A stretch of DNA of 44,104 bases. Source: Ministeria vibrans ATCC 50519 (Eukaryota > Protista > Filasterea). The notes beneath the pieces were generated by a model that did not search any database, had not been told where the DNA came from, and saw only the letters and a list, made by a program, of their open reading frames with translations. How positions within the stretch are numbered: the stretch's first letter is position 1; each line of letters begins with the position of its first letter. The DNA is taken from the NCBI GenBank assembly GCA_943704425.1, contig CALSCP010001830.1, forward strand, positions 1 through 44,104. The letters run 5' to 3'. The translations under genes and the position numbers were made by a program. Positions 25,603 to 37,510 of this stretch are shown here, piece by piece.

Positions 25603-26780
25603 TCACTCGCTCTCAGTCCAATCCAACATAAACTTCCGCGTGCCCTTCTCATTGCGCACCACCGCCTCCAGCACACGCGCATACTCGCCAAAGGGCACCA
25701 GTTCAGCCTCCACACGCAATGCCCCGCTCAACATCATGTCAGTCAGTTCGTTGTGCATTCGTTCCTGCTCCACACTGTGCCCATTCTCACGATTCCATCG
25801 CGTCATCCAGAACCCTCTCACGCGCACATCCAAAAAGATAAGCTGCGATGCCTTGACCGCAACAGGTGTGCGGCTCATGCCCCCATACGTGACCAGTGTC
25901 CCGCCTGAGCCTAGGGCGGCCAGCAGAGACGACGCACTCGCACCCCCAACCTAAAGAGGAAGAATGAATCGATCGCCAGTGAGAATCCTTCACCGCTTAC
26001 CATGTCCAGGGCGAGTTTGGGTGCCGTTGCCTTGGTCAACCCCATTGCTGCAGTGGCGTTGCGCACGTCTGCGGCAGATCCAGTGTCGCGCACAACCATG
26101 GTGGCTCCGAGGGCGCTCAGGTGCTCGGCCACTTGGTCAAAGTCGGGTCGGTCTCGGACCAAGCTGATCGTGCGCACCCCACGATGGCGAGCAATTTGAA
26201 CCACACACTCCCCTACAGCGGAATTCCCACCATTCTGTAAGACCACATCGCCTTCGTTGAGCGACGCAAAGTCGTGAAGCAGACGATACGCAGTCGGCGG
26301 ATTCACTGTGAATGATGCTGCTGCCTCAACTGGGAGTCGCCTGTCCACGCGCAGCAAGTCCGAAACATTGTGTACGGCATAGCCTCGCCAGGTGCCGAGA
26401 CCCGCACGGCGCGGCACAACCCAGTCGTCGACAGCGAGCGAGTGGTCGTTTGCGGCTGCGCGGACAACGCGAAAGACGCCCTCGTTGCCCCCCACGGCCG
26501 GCACGGGGGGCTTCACAGGGTACACACCCTCGATCTGGTTGATGTCGGCTGGGTTCACCGGAGTGCACAGTGCCTGTACCAGCACTTGGCTGTTGCCGCT
26601 GCCATCAAAGTGGACGGGAACCTGCGTGAGCTGTACCACCTCTCTTGGAGGTCCGTTGGCAGTGTACGCGAGCGCTGGCGACGTCGTGGGCACGCTACCA
26701 AACGGATGTTGGTGTTGTCGTAACGGACGCGACCGGGACAGCGGCGTGGACAGTCGGAGGCGGGAAGCAAGCGAAAGCAT
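25603..26780 (-). CDS. MECR: Mitochondrial trans-2-enoyl-CoA/ACP reductase, 2 exons
   Basis: Presequence-like N-terminus; PVNPADINQIEGVYP, VGGNEGV, GLGTWR, VNPPTAYRLL, QNGGNSAVG, LVTYGGMS, LIFLDVRVRGFWMTRW. Confidence 0.94.
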
Positions 26781-26847
26781 GAAAAATCAATGATGAATAA
26801 TACTGTGTTTGGATTTCCCGGTTTTCGTATAAAGCATGATATAATTA

Positions 26848-27159
26848 TTCCGTTGTCATAGTTTCCCCAGAGAACACAGGGGCGGAAGTGCTTGATACTC
26901 GACATACTGATTACTGAGCGGCAGGGATCGCGCATACTGCTTTGGCAAGGGTCTTTGTGGTGCTGGCACACCGCTGGGTGAGCACAGAGTGAGGTTGAGG
27001 GTGAGGGTCACCCTCACTCACTCGGCACAGTGGAAGAGGTCTGGTGCTCTCCAGCAGTGATGGTCGTTGTTGAAATGTTGGTGTTAATGTTGGTGTTGAG
27101 ACTGCATAATATCCTTTCCCTGAGCGGCAGAGCTCGCCCGCGTCTTTCAGTTTATTTTT
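26848..27159. ncRNA. Putative structured non-coding RNA of unknown family
   Basis: GC-rich island in an AT-rich intergenic spacer with several nested complementary segments, TATAAA at 26828 and a T-run at 27151-27159. No convincing ORF. Confidence 0.4.
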
Positions 27160-27280
27160 ATAAAAAGTGGACTCAACGTGATTCTTCAAAATGTAAAAAT
27201 TAATATTATTTTTATGATCAGAGTTAAAAAGAATAATTATTATACACCGTAAAATGCGTTGACAAAAACACAATACTATG

Positions 27281-29525
27281 TTACAGACCAAAATGAGCCT
27301 TGAAGGCCAACTCGACCATCGACTGAGGCACGGACTCATGGTAGCAGACAAACAGCTCAAGGGCGGGCATGGCCTGGCGTCGGCCCACACACCAGTAGTC
27401 CAGCGACACCGACTGGCTCTTCTTGGGGGCTTTGCGCCCTGCAAAGGGTGCGCTGGTCGAGAGTAGCACACCATGCTCAGCACACTCAGCACCACTCTAC
27501 AATAAAGACTCACCAATCAGTCGAACAAACAACGGTATGCAAAACGTACTGCGATCGCCGAAGCAAGCAAGGGACGCAAGAGCGGGATGGTGCGGCGGAA
27601 GGAATCAAGCAGTAGCGCATGGACGGGCCCACAGGAGGAAGAAGCGGGCGCCACGGGCACATATGCAATGCCCGTCAGCCCATCCACTGTGATTGACTCA
27701 AACAGAACATTGCGCACGCCCGAGGTCAGTCTAAATCGCGAAAGTAATGTGATGAGAACAAGAGCAAGTAAAAACTCTTTTTCAAAACCTATGTCTCTGA
27801 GTGAGCTGTGCCTGTTGTGACTGTCGTTGTGCGTGCAGAGGAGTGATTGCGCCGAGTGTGCTGCTTTGAGACGGCACAGACACGTTTGCAATCGATTGTG
27901 ACCGCACTGCGCGTTTGTGACCCTTTTCACTAGGAGCTTCACTAAGATTTTCACCTGTGCAAGTAGTAATAACAATAAGCGGAGTCAATCGTGAAGTAGG
28001 GCAATTCGCACTTCGTACTGGATTGAGAACGGGAGGAACGCAGACCCATTGATTGAAGGACACCGGAGAAGGAGCCACGACGGGCGGACGATGGAAGAGC
28101 AACGGCACCGGAGCCAGCACTTGAGGAGGAAGAGGGTGCGAGGACAGGGGTGGGGGGACGCACGGTAGCAGATGAGGGGAGGAAGGACTCGGCGGGGGTG
28201 ACGGCAGGGGCGCACGAGCCACCCGCACACGCGCTGAGCTGACTCATCAGGCCCGTGTCCGCGAGGGCGTACAGCGCCTGCTTGCCTTCCGTGATAAGAA
28301 GCGGGTCGGCCAAAAGAGGCTCTGGGTCGCCGTGACGGCTGCTGCGATTGCTGTGAGTTTCGATGCTCTCCAAGAGAGCACACACAATGGTGCTTCCTTT
28401 GGCAATGCACAGCAGTGCCTGTCGTTGGTCTGACAGTGAGTTATCCAGGTCCAAAACTTCGCGCCAAATCACTGCGTCCTCGGGCTGACGTGCCGCCACA
28501 GCCCCAAGGACGTCGTAGAGCCAGCAGAAGTGGGCAATGAGGCGGTGCTGGGAGGCGCTGAGGGTGCCATGTACAAGGCGCCCGCTGTGCAGCAGACACG
28601 TGCCGAGGCACAGATAGGCGTGCGGCTGGTCGCTGGCCTGAGCCAGTCTACTGCGATCAGAGCCTTCAAGCTGATCGAGGACGCTGGCCACTTGGGCCAT
28701 GGCGGCGGCGGGTAAACGTGTGCCGAGTGCCGAGGCGTCGCAGGCGAGTCGTGCACGCGCGAGTGCGCCTGTGAGATCACCCTGGCGCATTGTGTCGAGC
28801 GTGTGCGCACAGAACACATCGACGCGTTCGTTGAGGTCGTCTTGAAGACGAGGCGAGGCGGATGCAGCTGTATCGTTGCCCCACACACGTTCAAAGGTGG
28901 GCACGGCAAAGAGCAAGAGGCGCGCCACTGAGTCACAGAACAGACGAAGGGTCTCGGTAGAGGTGCTGCCCAGAGGTACGTAAATGTGTAGAGCGTGTCC
29001 TGGCAAGAGTGCTCGTGCTATTAAGAGACCACGAGTAGCATCGCTGCGACTGTGCAGCGTCACAACGGTTGTCCGTGGCGACGACGGCGAATCCTTTTGC
29101 TGCAGCACCATTTCGGCATGAGAGCGCGCCAGCAAGCCGGTGGCCGTGGTCACAATGCCACTGAGTGCCTCAAGGGACTCAAGGGAGCCCACAACACGGC
29201 GAGACAAGACCGTGTCGGGCTCGTCTTCGCGACGCGACGGTCGACGCACCGCAACCAGATAGGGCTCGGCCAGGACGGCCTCCGCTGCGATCTGCTCCAA
29301 CACCGCAGCACTCTGAGTGACTATTCCATCGCGTCGCGACGAGCCCGTGGGTGCAGCAGCATCGCGAGGCGAGTTTGGCAAGGATTGAGTGTGACTCAGC
29401 GGGACGTGAGTTGCAACGGTCGCAGTCGCACCATCATTGGACGACCCTCCGCCCCCTCCACTGCTGAGTCGTTTCAAAAGCTTGCGAACACCCCGACGCG
29501 GAGGCGCCGCTTCAGCAGGGTCCAT
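27281..29525 (-). CDS. INTU: Inturned (CPLANE tri-longin ciliogenesis protein), 4 exons
   Basis: CLGTCLLHSGRLVHGTL...VIWREV, LTSGVRNVLF...GIAYVP, EHGVLL and YWCVGR...ELFVCYHESVPQSMVELAFKAHFGL match the conserved INTU longin blocks. Confidence 0.82.
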
Positions 29526-29653
29526 AAAGGGTCAAACGACAAAGAGAAAAAGAGATTGTGATGATCTACATTCGCTCTCGAGTCTCGATTCTCTATGCTT
29601 ATTTATTTTCTTATATCATTAATCATACAAATTTTCTCGCTTCAGCTTGAAGA

Positions 29654-29685
29654 ATGAGCGGAGCAGTATATGGCGGTGGTACGTT

Positions 29686-29744
<59 letters not shown>

Positions 29745-30360
29745 TCTCTCTCTCTCTCTATCTCTCTCTTCAGTCTGTGTTGAAATGGTTTTGGTGTTCT
29801 TATGTCTTTGGCAGATGAGGTTGGCGCTCTTGTGTTTGACATTGGATCACACTCGACCCGGGTCGGCTTTGCGGGCGAGGAAACACCCAAAGTGAGAGTG
29901 ATTGTGTTGTGTGTTTTGTCTTTTCCTCATTTCTGACTTGTTGGCTCTTCTCTGCTCACTCACACACAAGGCGGTGTTCCCGTCGTACGTCGGGACCAAA
30001 GGAGATGCCTCCAGTGATACAGCAATGGACGTGGATGGCGCTGAAAGTAGGCTAAAACGCAGAGAGAGAGAGAGAGTGAGAGAGAGAGACGTTTGACGGA
30101 CTCTGATCGATAGGAAAAGGATCGAATCGCGTCGGAAACACTGCCCTGTCGACGCCCAGCGACGGCATGGCCCTGGCGTGTCCCATCAAAGACGGAATAG
30201 GTTTGCATGTGTTGATTTTCAGCCGAATAGTCTCACACACAGAAAACGTGTTTCTCCTTCATTCACTTTGCAGTTGTCAATTGGGACCACTACGACGCAC
30301 TCATTAGGTCTGTCGCATTTGCTATATTCTTATCCTTGCCACTCACACTCTCTCTCTCTC

Positions 30361-30434
<74 letters not shown>

Positions 30435-31162
30435 ATATCGTTCCAGCCATGGTTTGGAGAGCCTTCGTGTCGACGCACAGCAGTATCCACTCATCTTCTC
30501 CGAATGTGCCTGGAACTCACGTCATGCGCGGTACGCCGACGGAGACGTTGATCCATGTGACTTAACCGTGCGCCTCTTCTTGTTTACGACTGACGCAGTG
30601 AACGACTGACGGAGCTTGCCTTTGAAAAATACAACACACCAGGCTTCTTTGTGAGCAAGTCGCCTGTGCTTGCAGCGTACGCACACACACACACACACAC
30701 GCTCACACAGTCGCATGTGCTGTCCCGCAGTGTGGCTGATACCTTGTGTGCTTGATCTGTAGGTTCTCGACGGGACGCTACACGGGGATTGTGGTGGACA
30801 TTGGGGCGACGCAGACGAGCTGTGTGCCCATTGTCGATGGGTTTGTGCTGCAAAAGCCCATTGTGCGTTCGCACTTGGCTGGAAACTTCATTGCAGACCA
30901 GGCGAGAAACATAGTCGAAACGGTATAGTTATTGTGCAGAAAAAGAGAATTGACTGGGCACTAATGAAATAAGCTGCTCTATTTGTTAGACACATGGGAC
31001 GCACCTAGTGCCAGTGTATGAGGTGGGAGGACGAGGGGCGGAGGCGCACGAGACGTACCGCGCGTGGCGGGTGCGTGCTTTGGCCGAGGACGTTGTTGCT
31101 GCTGTGGCCACGACAGATCTCACCGGACACTCTGAGTATTCAATTTAGTTGTGTGTGTGTGT

Positions 31163-31199
<37 letters not shown>

Positions 31200-31284
31200 C
31201 TCTCTCTTTCTGTGTCTCTCTCTTTCTGTTGTGTGTGTCTCTCTTTCTGTTGTGTGTCTCTCTTTGTTGTAGTTGTAGTTGTAG

Positions 31285-31315
<31 letters not shown>

Positions 31316-32103
31316 CGTTGACTTGTATGTGTGTGTCTGTGTTTGTAGACAATCAGTGTCGAGTGTCGCTTATGACTTTACGAATGGCGAGCAACGTGAG
31401 TTTGGAGCCGAACGCACGCGACTGGGCGAGATTATGTTTGACCCAGTGGTACACGCATCGCCAGTAAGACAAGACAAGGCATGCCTTTTTGAGAGACACA
31501 CAGAGCTGCACTGATTGTGCGTTGTAGATGAGTGCGACTGTGCTTGATGGCGATGGGTCGTCTCCACTGGCCATTCCCCAGCACGGTTCGCTGCCTATAT
31601 TTTTCACTGTGTGTCACTCATTGTGCATCTTGTACTGTGTAGGACTGTCGGACATGGTGAAGATGTGTGTGGACAAGTGCGATGTGGATGTGCGCGTCAG
31701 TCTTGCGTCCAGCATCATCTTAGCAGGTTTCTCTCTCATTCTCTCATTCACTCATTCAATCGCTGTGCTTACTTTCGTGTTGTTTAGGCGGAGGTTCTCT
31801 CATTCCTAATCTCAGCGAACGTCTCCAGAGTGATCTCACCTCTAAACTCTCGCACGTAACACTCCCCATACACGAAACACAAAGCTGATTGAACCTCACA
31901 CATGCACACACACGCACGCACGTCTTTCCCCACAGCAAATGAAGGTCAAGGTGCACACTTCGACGATGGCTGTCGAGCGTCGCTTTGCGTCGTGGATTGG
32001 TGGCTCCATTCTCGGCTCCCTTGGCTCCTTCCAGCAGCTGTGGGTCTCCAAGGCCGAGTATGACGAGCATGGAAAGTCCTTTGTCGAGAAGAAATGTTCC
32101 TAA
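29654..32103 (+). CDS. ACTL6: Nuclear actin-related protein 4 (BAF53/ACTL6), many exons
   Basis: MSGAVYGG|[87 protein letters not shown]-stop. Confidence 0.93.
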
Positions 32104-32241
32104 CCCCTTCCTCCGCCTCACTCACTCTCTTTTCCACTCCACATGCACACACTGCGCTTGAATACACTTTTAAATTTTCTTTTCGTTTTGACGCAAATCA
32201 TAAAACGTTTTTTTTTTTTTTACATTTCAGTCTCTGGGGTG

Positions 32242-32330
<89 letters not shown>

Positions 32331-32363
32331 ATTATTCTATTCTTGACACACTCTCCTTTCCAC

Positions 32364-33088
32364 TCAGCGTCTCTTGCGATCCTTTCCCTCCTTCTCGCGT
32401 GAGCTCCCGCTGCCACCGCCGTGTTCGTCGCGACGGCGCTTGGACGCAAATGATCCGTTTGCTCCGTCGCCGCCGTTGCCGTCGGTAGACGTAGACTCAC
32501 TGCCACGGTGGCGCTTACGTGATGATGATGATGACGACGACGATGCACTCGTCTCTGCGCCACTCGTTGTCACCACGACCACTGAGGCACTTGCACTCGG
32601 CGAGTCGCGTCGTCGAGATCGCTCGTCCGACCTGTCTTCAGACTCCTTATGTGCTCGCTTTGACTCGCGCTCTTCACCTTTGGACAATGACGACGAAGTG
32701 GCTGCTGTGTCCTTCTCAGTACGACGTCGACTACTCGACGACGACGACGACGATGACGATGGCTCATCAGCATCCTCGGCAGGGCGCTTGTCGCTTGATC
32801 GTGACTGACTGCGTCCGCTGCGCTCCTTGTCCGACTTGCGACTATCTTCCTTTGCGTCCTCCTTCCGATCCCGCCTTGACGACGAGGAAGAAGAAGGCAC
32901 CGCCGCCGCCTCCTCTTTGTCTTCCTTGGCATCGTCCTTCTTGGCTCCCCGTGCAGTCGACATGTCATGAAACGCCTCCTCTGGCACAAATTCCGCCTTG
33001 CGCTTCTGCAACATGGCGTAGTACCGTGCCCCAAGCACTTTAATGTCCTCCCGCTGGTCTTCGTCTTTCAGTCGCGTCACACTGTGCA

Positions 33089-33133
<45 letters not shown>

Positions 33134-36100
33134 GAGATAAAGAAAAATTAATGCAAAATAGATATACACACGATGATTAGACGCAAGTACCGTTTGAGAA
33201 TGGCAGCCGCACTATTGTTGAGGCGGGGAAAGTGAGCGTTGATCATGTTGAGGATGATGAGACAGTTGCGCGTCTGCATGTACTCGCCATCCTGCAGACA
33301 CGCGAGGAACGCCTTGGACATGCGGATGTGCCACTTGTGACACAGGTGGCGAAAGTTCTCAAAGGAGACGGCCGGGCCATTCTTGCTCGCGGCAAATCCA
33401 GTGTGGTTGGCGCACTCGGCGTCGTAGAGTGCCTGATCGCTGTGCCAGCGCATGAGGCCCGCAAGTGTCTCGGCCAGAAAGCGACCGTAGCGCCCTGCCT
33501 CGTTCTCGGTGCAGCAACTGAGGGTGCAGGTGATGTCGGAAACAACACGGTCGTAGTAGCTGATCACAAGGAAATTAGGCGTGTTGCACTTGTGCATCTG
33601 CTGCACAAACAAATCACAGTAGAGAGCGTCGGGCGCCGAAAAGAGCACGCGCGGGTAGACGCACAGCTGAAGAAACTGCGTGATGATGTCGCGATGCTGG
33701 ACATTGTCGCTGATCCACTCGGCGCATTCGGAGCGCAGACGACCCAGCACGCGTGTGTGGTTCGTCTCCTGCTTCTCACGCTCGAGCTGCAGCTGCGAAA
33801 TGATGGAGGTGATGCGCTCGCGCTCACGACGGCGCTTGGTGTCCGATGTGAGGGCGGGGTTGTCATCGATGGCGGCAATCGCTGCGCGTTGGGTGGTCAC
33901 CTCAAGCTCGTACCGTTCCGTAGGTACTGTCAGATCGTAGAGCGACAGCGACCAAAAGGTCATGAAGAACTTGGGGGTGATCTTGGCCCAGACTTTGTCG
34001 GGATGGAGTCCACGCACATCATCAAGGGTGGGTGCAAGCGCAGAGCGCACCGCAAGCGCATACAATTTCTGGTTGGACACTTTGCCTTTGGACGATGGCG
34101 ACGCAGCGGTCGTGGATGATGAGGATTGTGCTGCGGCTGTCTCTGCGGCTGCAGTGGCAGTGGCAGCCTCAATGGCAATGGCGAAGGTGGGGCGCAGCAG
34201 AAAGAAGGCAGCCTCGGCGGGCAGATGGAACTCATTGCAGAGCTCACGGAGCGACGGAATGAGCGACTTGTACTCGGACGTGGACAGGTGGGTGGTCAAG
34301 AAGGTGACATACTCGACAAAGGTGGAGTGGCACTCGTCGTACAGCTGTGAGACGTGCTTGAGATGCGTCGTGTCGCTGTTGAAGATGAGTGAGTCGCGCG
34401 TCTGCGCAATCAGAATGCACAACGGCAGTGCAAAGTGGTTGCTCATCAGAGCGCCCTACACACACACACACGCACCAAGAAAAAAAAAAAAAAACAAAAA
34501 AACGAACAAAAAAAAACAAACAAACAAACAAACAAACAAACAAACAAACAAACATGCCATTGTATTCGTTAATCTTCTGATACTACAATGATTGAAAAAC
34601 TATTATTATTATTTCTCTTGGCCTACCTTGAGACGAGCGGCGGACTTGCGAATGTTTCTCGCTTGGGAGAAGGTGCCGCCTTCGTTGCGGAGGGTCTCAC
34701 CGCCCATGAGCGCCTGGATCTGCCGGTCGCCAAGATCCTCAGGCAGCTCGATGCCCGCCATCTTCTGGACGAGCTCCTTGAGGACAATGAGGTCGACGGT
34801 CGAGCTTTGTTGGAGCTGGAGAAGTGTGTACTGGAGCAAACCGGTAATGTCGATGACGGAGTAGCGACGGAAGAGATGCCCGGCAAAGAGGGCGGTGCAG
34901 CGGAGCCAGCCCGAGACGGAGTTGCCGTCGGACTTCATGCGCTCTTTGTCGGGCGCTACAAGCGAGTCGACAATGGCAAAGGCAAGAACGTCGTAGGCAA
35001 AGGGCGTAAGAAAGCGCAGTGAGTCGACGAGAGGAAGGATAAAGTTGTCGTAGGCCTGGACCTTGTCGAGGACCTCGCCGTACACCACGAGCGGATTGCA
35101 GTGCGCGAGTTTGCCCAGTTTGCGTCCGTACTGGCGCGTGTTGTCTTTTGTGACGCGACGCAGCAGATTGCGTGTGTCCTTTTGCACTTCCGCGCGCACC
35201 ACAAGCAATTCGGGCAGGCGCGCGTATGACTCGGTCTTCCAGCGGCCGTAGAGGCGGTAGCGCATCTCAAAGGGCAGTTGGGACAAAAGCATCCAAATTT
35301 CCTCGCAGAGACCCGGATTTGACTGCATGAGCGAGAGCGACGGCAACAGAGTGGTGTGCACAAGATCCTCGACGAGGGCGACGGACGCGGCCAGGTCGCC
35401 ATTGTCCGCGAGCTCAGCGGTGCCCTCCTCTTTGAGAGAGGCCGCCGTGTTGTCGTGCGAGTGCTTGAGAAGCGCCACTGCAACACGGACGAGCTTGACA
35501 ACGAGAATGGGGTCGCGGTGAGCAAATCGACCAAGGCGCAGCGCCATGGGGAAGACGGTCTTGTGGAGGGTGTCGAGCGTGTAACATGGCCCATTGGCGA
35601 CGTCGGCTCCGCCTGGAGAGGTACCCTTGGCAAAGGGGTGAGCCAGCGGGCGGTAGACAGGTTCAAGGGCACGATGAATGAGGCGTGAGAGAATGAGCGA
35701 GACAGGTGTGTGCAGCACAGCAGCAAAGGGCGGCATGGTGCGCATTAGGCGATCGGCAATTTGGAAGTCACCGAGTTCGAGCAGCGCCAGACACACGCCG
35801 ACCTGTTGGTGGAGTGGGTGGTCGCCGACCACGTCGACGGGCGCAATTGTGGCCGTGACCGCTGAAGGGGCTGGCGTGGGCGTAGGAATAGACGGGGGAG
35901 GTGGAGTGGATGCTGGGGTTGAGCGAGGAGTGGCGACAATGGCCGTTGTGGCGGTGATGGCGCCATCTTCCTTGTCGTCTTTGCCGTCGTCTTTCGCCGT
36001 GCCTGTGGTGGTGGCAGGGGCGCTGCCACCTGCCAAGCTGACTGTACCAATGCGTCGTGCTTGAGTACGTGCATCGGCAAGCCAGCTACTGCTCTCGGAG

Positions 36101-37260
36101 CGCCAGTGCTCTTCGCTGGGCGATAGATGAGCGCGCATGTCGGGGAGGGCAATGAGATGGTGGCGTACGAGCTGCGCAGCGAGACGACAGAGCGACCCTG
36201 GCGTCGCCTGAGCACCAGTGTCTTGCTGGTGCATGTGGAATTTGAAGCCAACAATGTGGCAGAGTGACGACGGGCGATAGTTGAAGAGGTTGAGGAGCGC
36301 GAGGAAGAAGGGAACACGATCGAGGTTAAACTCGAGAGATTCGAGGATGCAATCGAGCACTCGGTTGGGATCGAGGTCGAAGAAGCCAATGAGCGAGCGC
36401 ACCTGAGTCATGGCGGCCTCGGCGTGACGCACCACGTCGGCGCGCTGAGACGCAGTGGCAACCGCCTCGGCGGGCGTGGTGATGTCGGTGGCAATGGCGG
36501 GCGCGTTGCGTGCGGCCACGTTGAGTTCGCTCAGCAGTTTGGCGTAGCCTTCGCTCTCCTCGCGCATAAGATTGAACTTTTGCTGGGCATAGAGCATGCG
36601 TGTGCGAAAACGCGTGTAGTTTTTCACAAAGGGCTCGGCGCTGAAGGAGACGCCAGGCACCGCCTCGACAAGCTCGGGCTCAAGACGCGCCTTGGCAAAG
36701 GGCTCGTCGAAGACGCCCGCGCCAATCAAGTGTCCGACAAGCTCGGCAACGGGCGCACGGGCGTCGTCGACGGAGACGGCGGTGGATGCGCCGCGCGCGA
36801 CTGCTTCCGAGTCGATCAGCGTGAGACTGTCTGCAATGCAATCGGCAATTTCCTTGTGCGGGATTTTGTCGTTTCCCAGCGATGTAGCGACCGTCAGCGA
36901 CGACAGACGCGTGTCTTCAGGAGCAAGTGTTGCGTGCCAACAGACGCCATACAACAAAGTCTACATACAACAGTGCAATCAGCAAAAGTAAGCAAAAAAA
37001 AGAAAAAAAAAAAAAACCTGAAGGTTTTGACTTGCGCGAATGCACATGTCACTTGCAGGCTCAGCGACAGTGTAGGTGGACGCGAGGGCCTTGGCTAGCT
37101 CGGCCACGAGCACGATGCTGCGGGAGAGGGCGCGGGGGAGGGAGGAGGAGAGGAAAGAGGAGAGAAGTGAGATGATGTTGGAGATGATCTGTGCTGGGCT
37201 GTACAGGTCGTTGGCCCAGGCGGCCTTGGTCAGCGACAGGCCCGGCGTTGCGGGGGGCAT
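32364..37260 (-). CDS. THOC2: THO complex subunit 2, multi-exon
   Basis: YAQQKFNLMREESEGYAKL, SLIGFFDLDPNRVLD, RYRLYGRWK, FFMTFWSLSLYDL.VP, CTENEAGRYGRFL, EYMQTRNCLIIL; charged low-complexity tail. Confidence 0.95.
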
Positions 37261-37510
37261 TTCACAATAATTAAGTGAAAGTAATTAAATATATTATTAT
37301 ATGAAGGAGAGATATACACACAGGAAGAACAATGTTATGATTCGAATAATTAACTACAAATTACTTTCGAAAAACAACCTCACGTTGACCACATACATGT
37401 AGACTTTGCAGAGTGACATGGCACAGTTTCAAGTTTCAATCTCTTGGGCGACGGCCTGAATTTAGGACAATAACAACGATGAAAAAAAAACTGATCGTCC
37501 TTCAATCTGG

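Noticed and set aside
26860-27105. Resemblance to RNase P (CCCAGAGAAC, GGAAGAGGTCTG) or SRP RNA (GGGATCGCGC)
   Set aside because: The motifs are in the wrong order, and the CR-V and SRP helix-8 signatures are missing.
27109-27118. ATATCCTTT, matching the U12-type 5' splice-site consensus
   Set aside because: Not within a plus-strand gene, and no matching U12 branch site or AC acceptor context was found.
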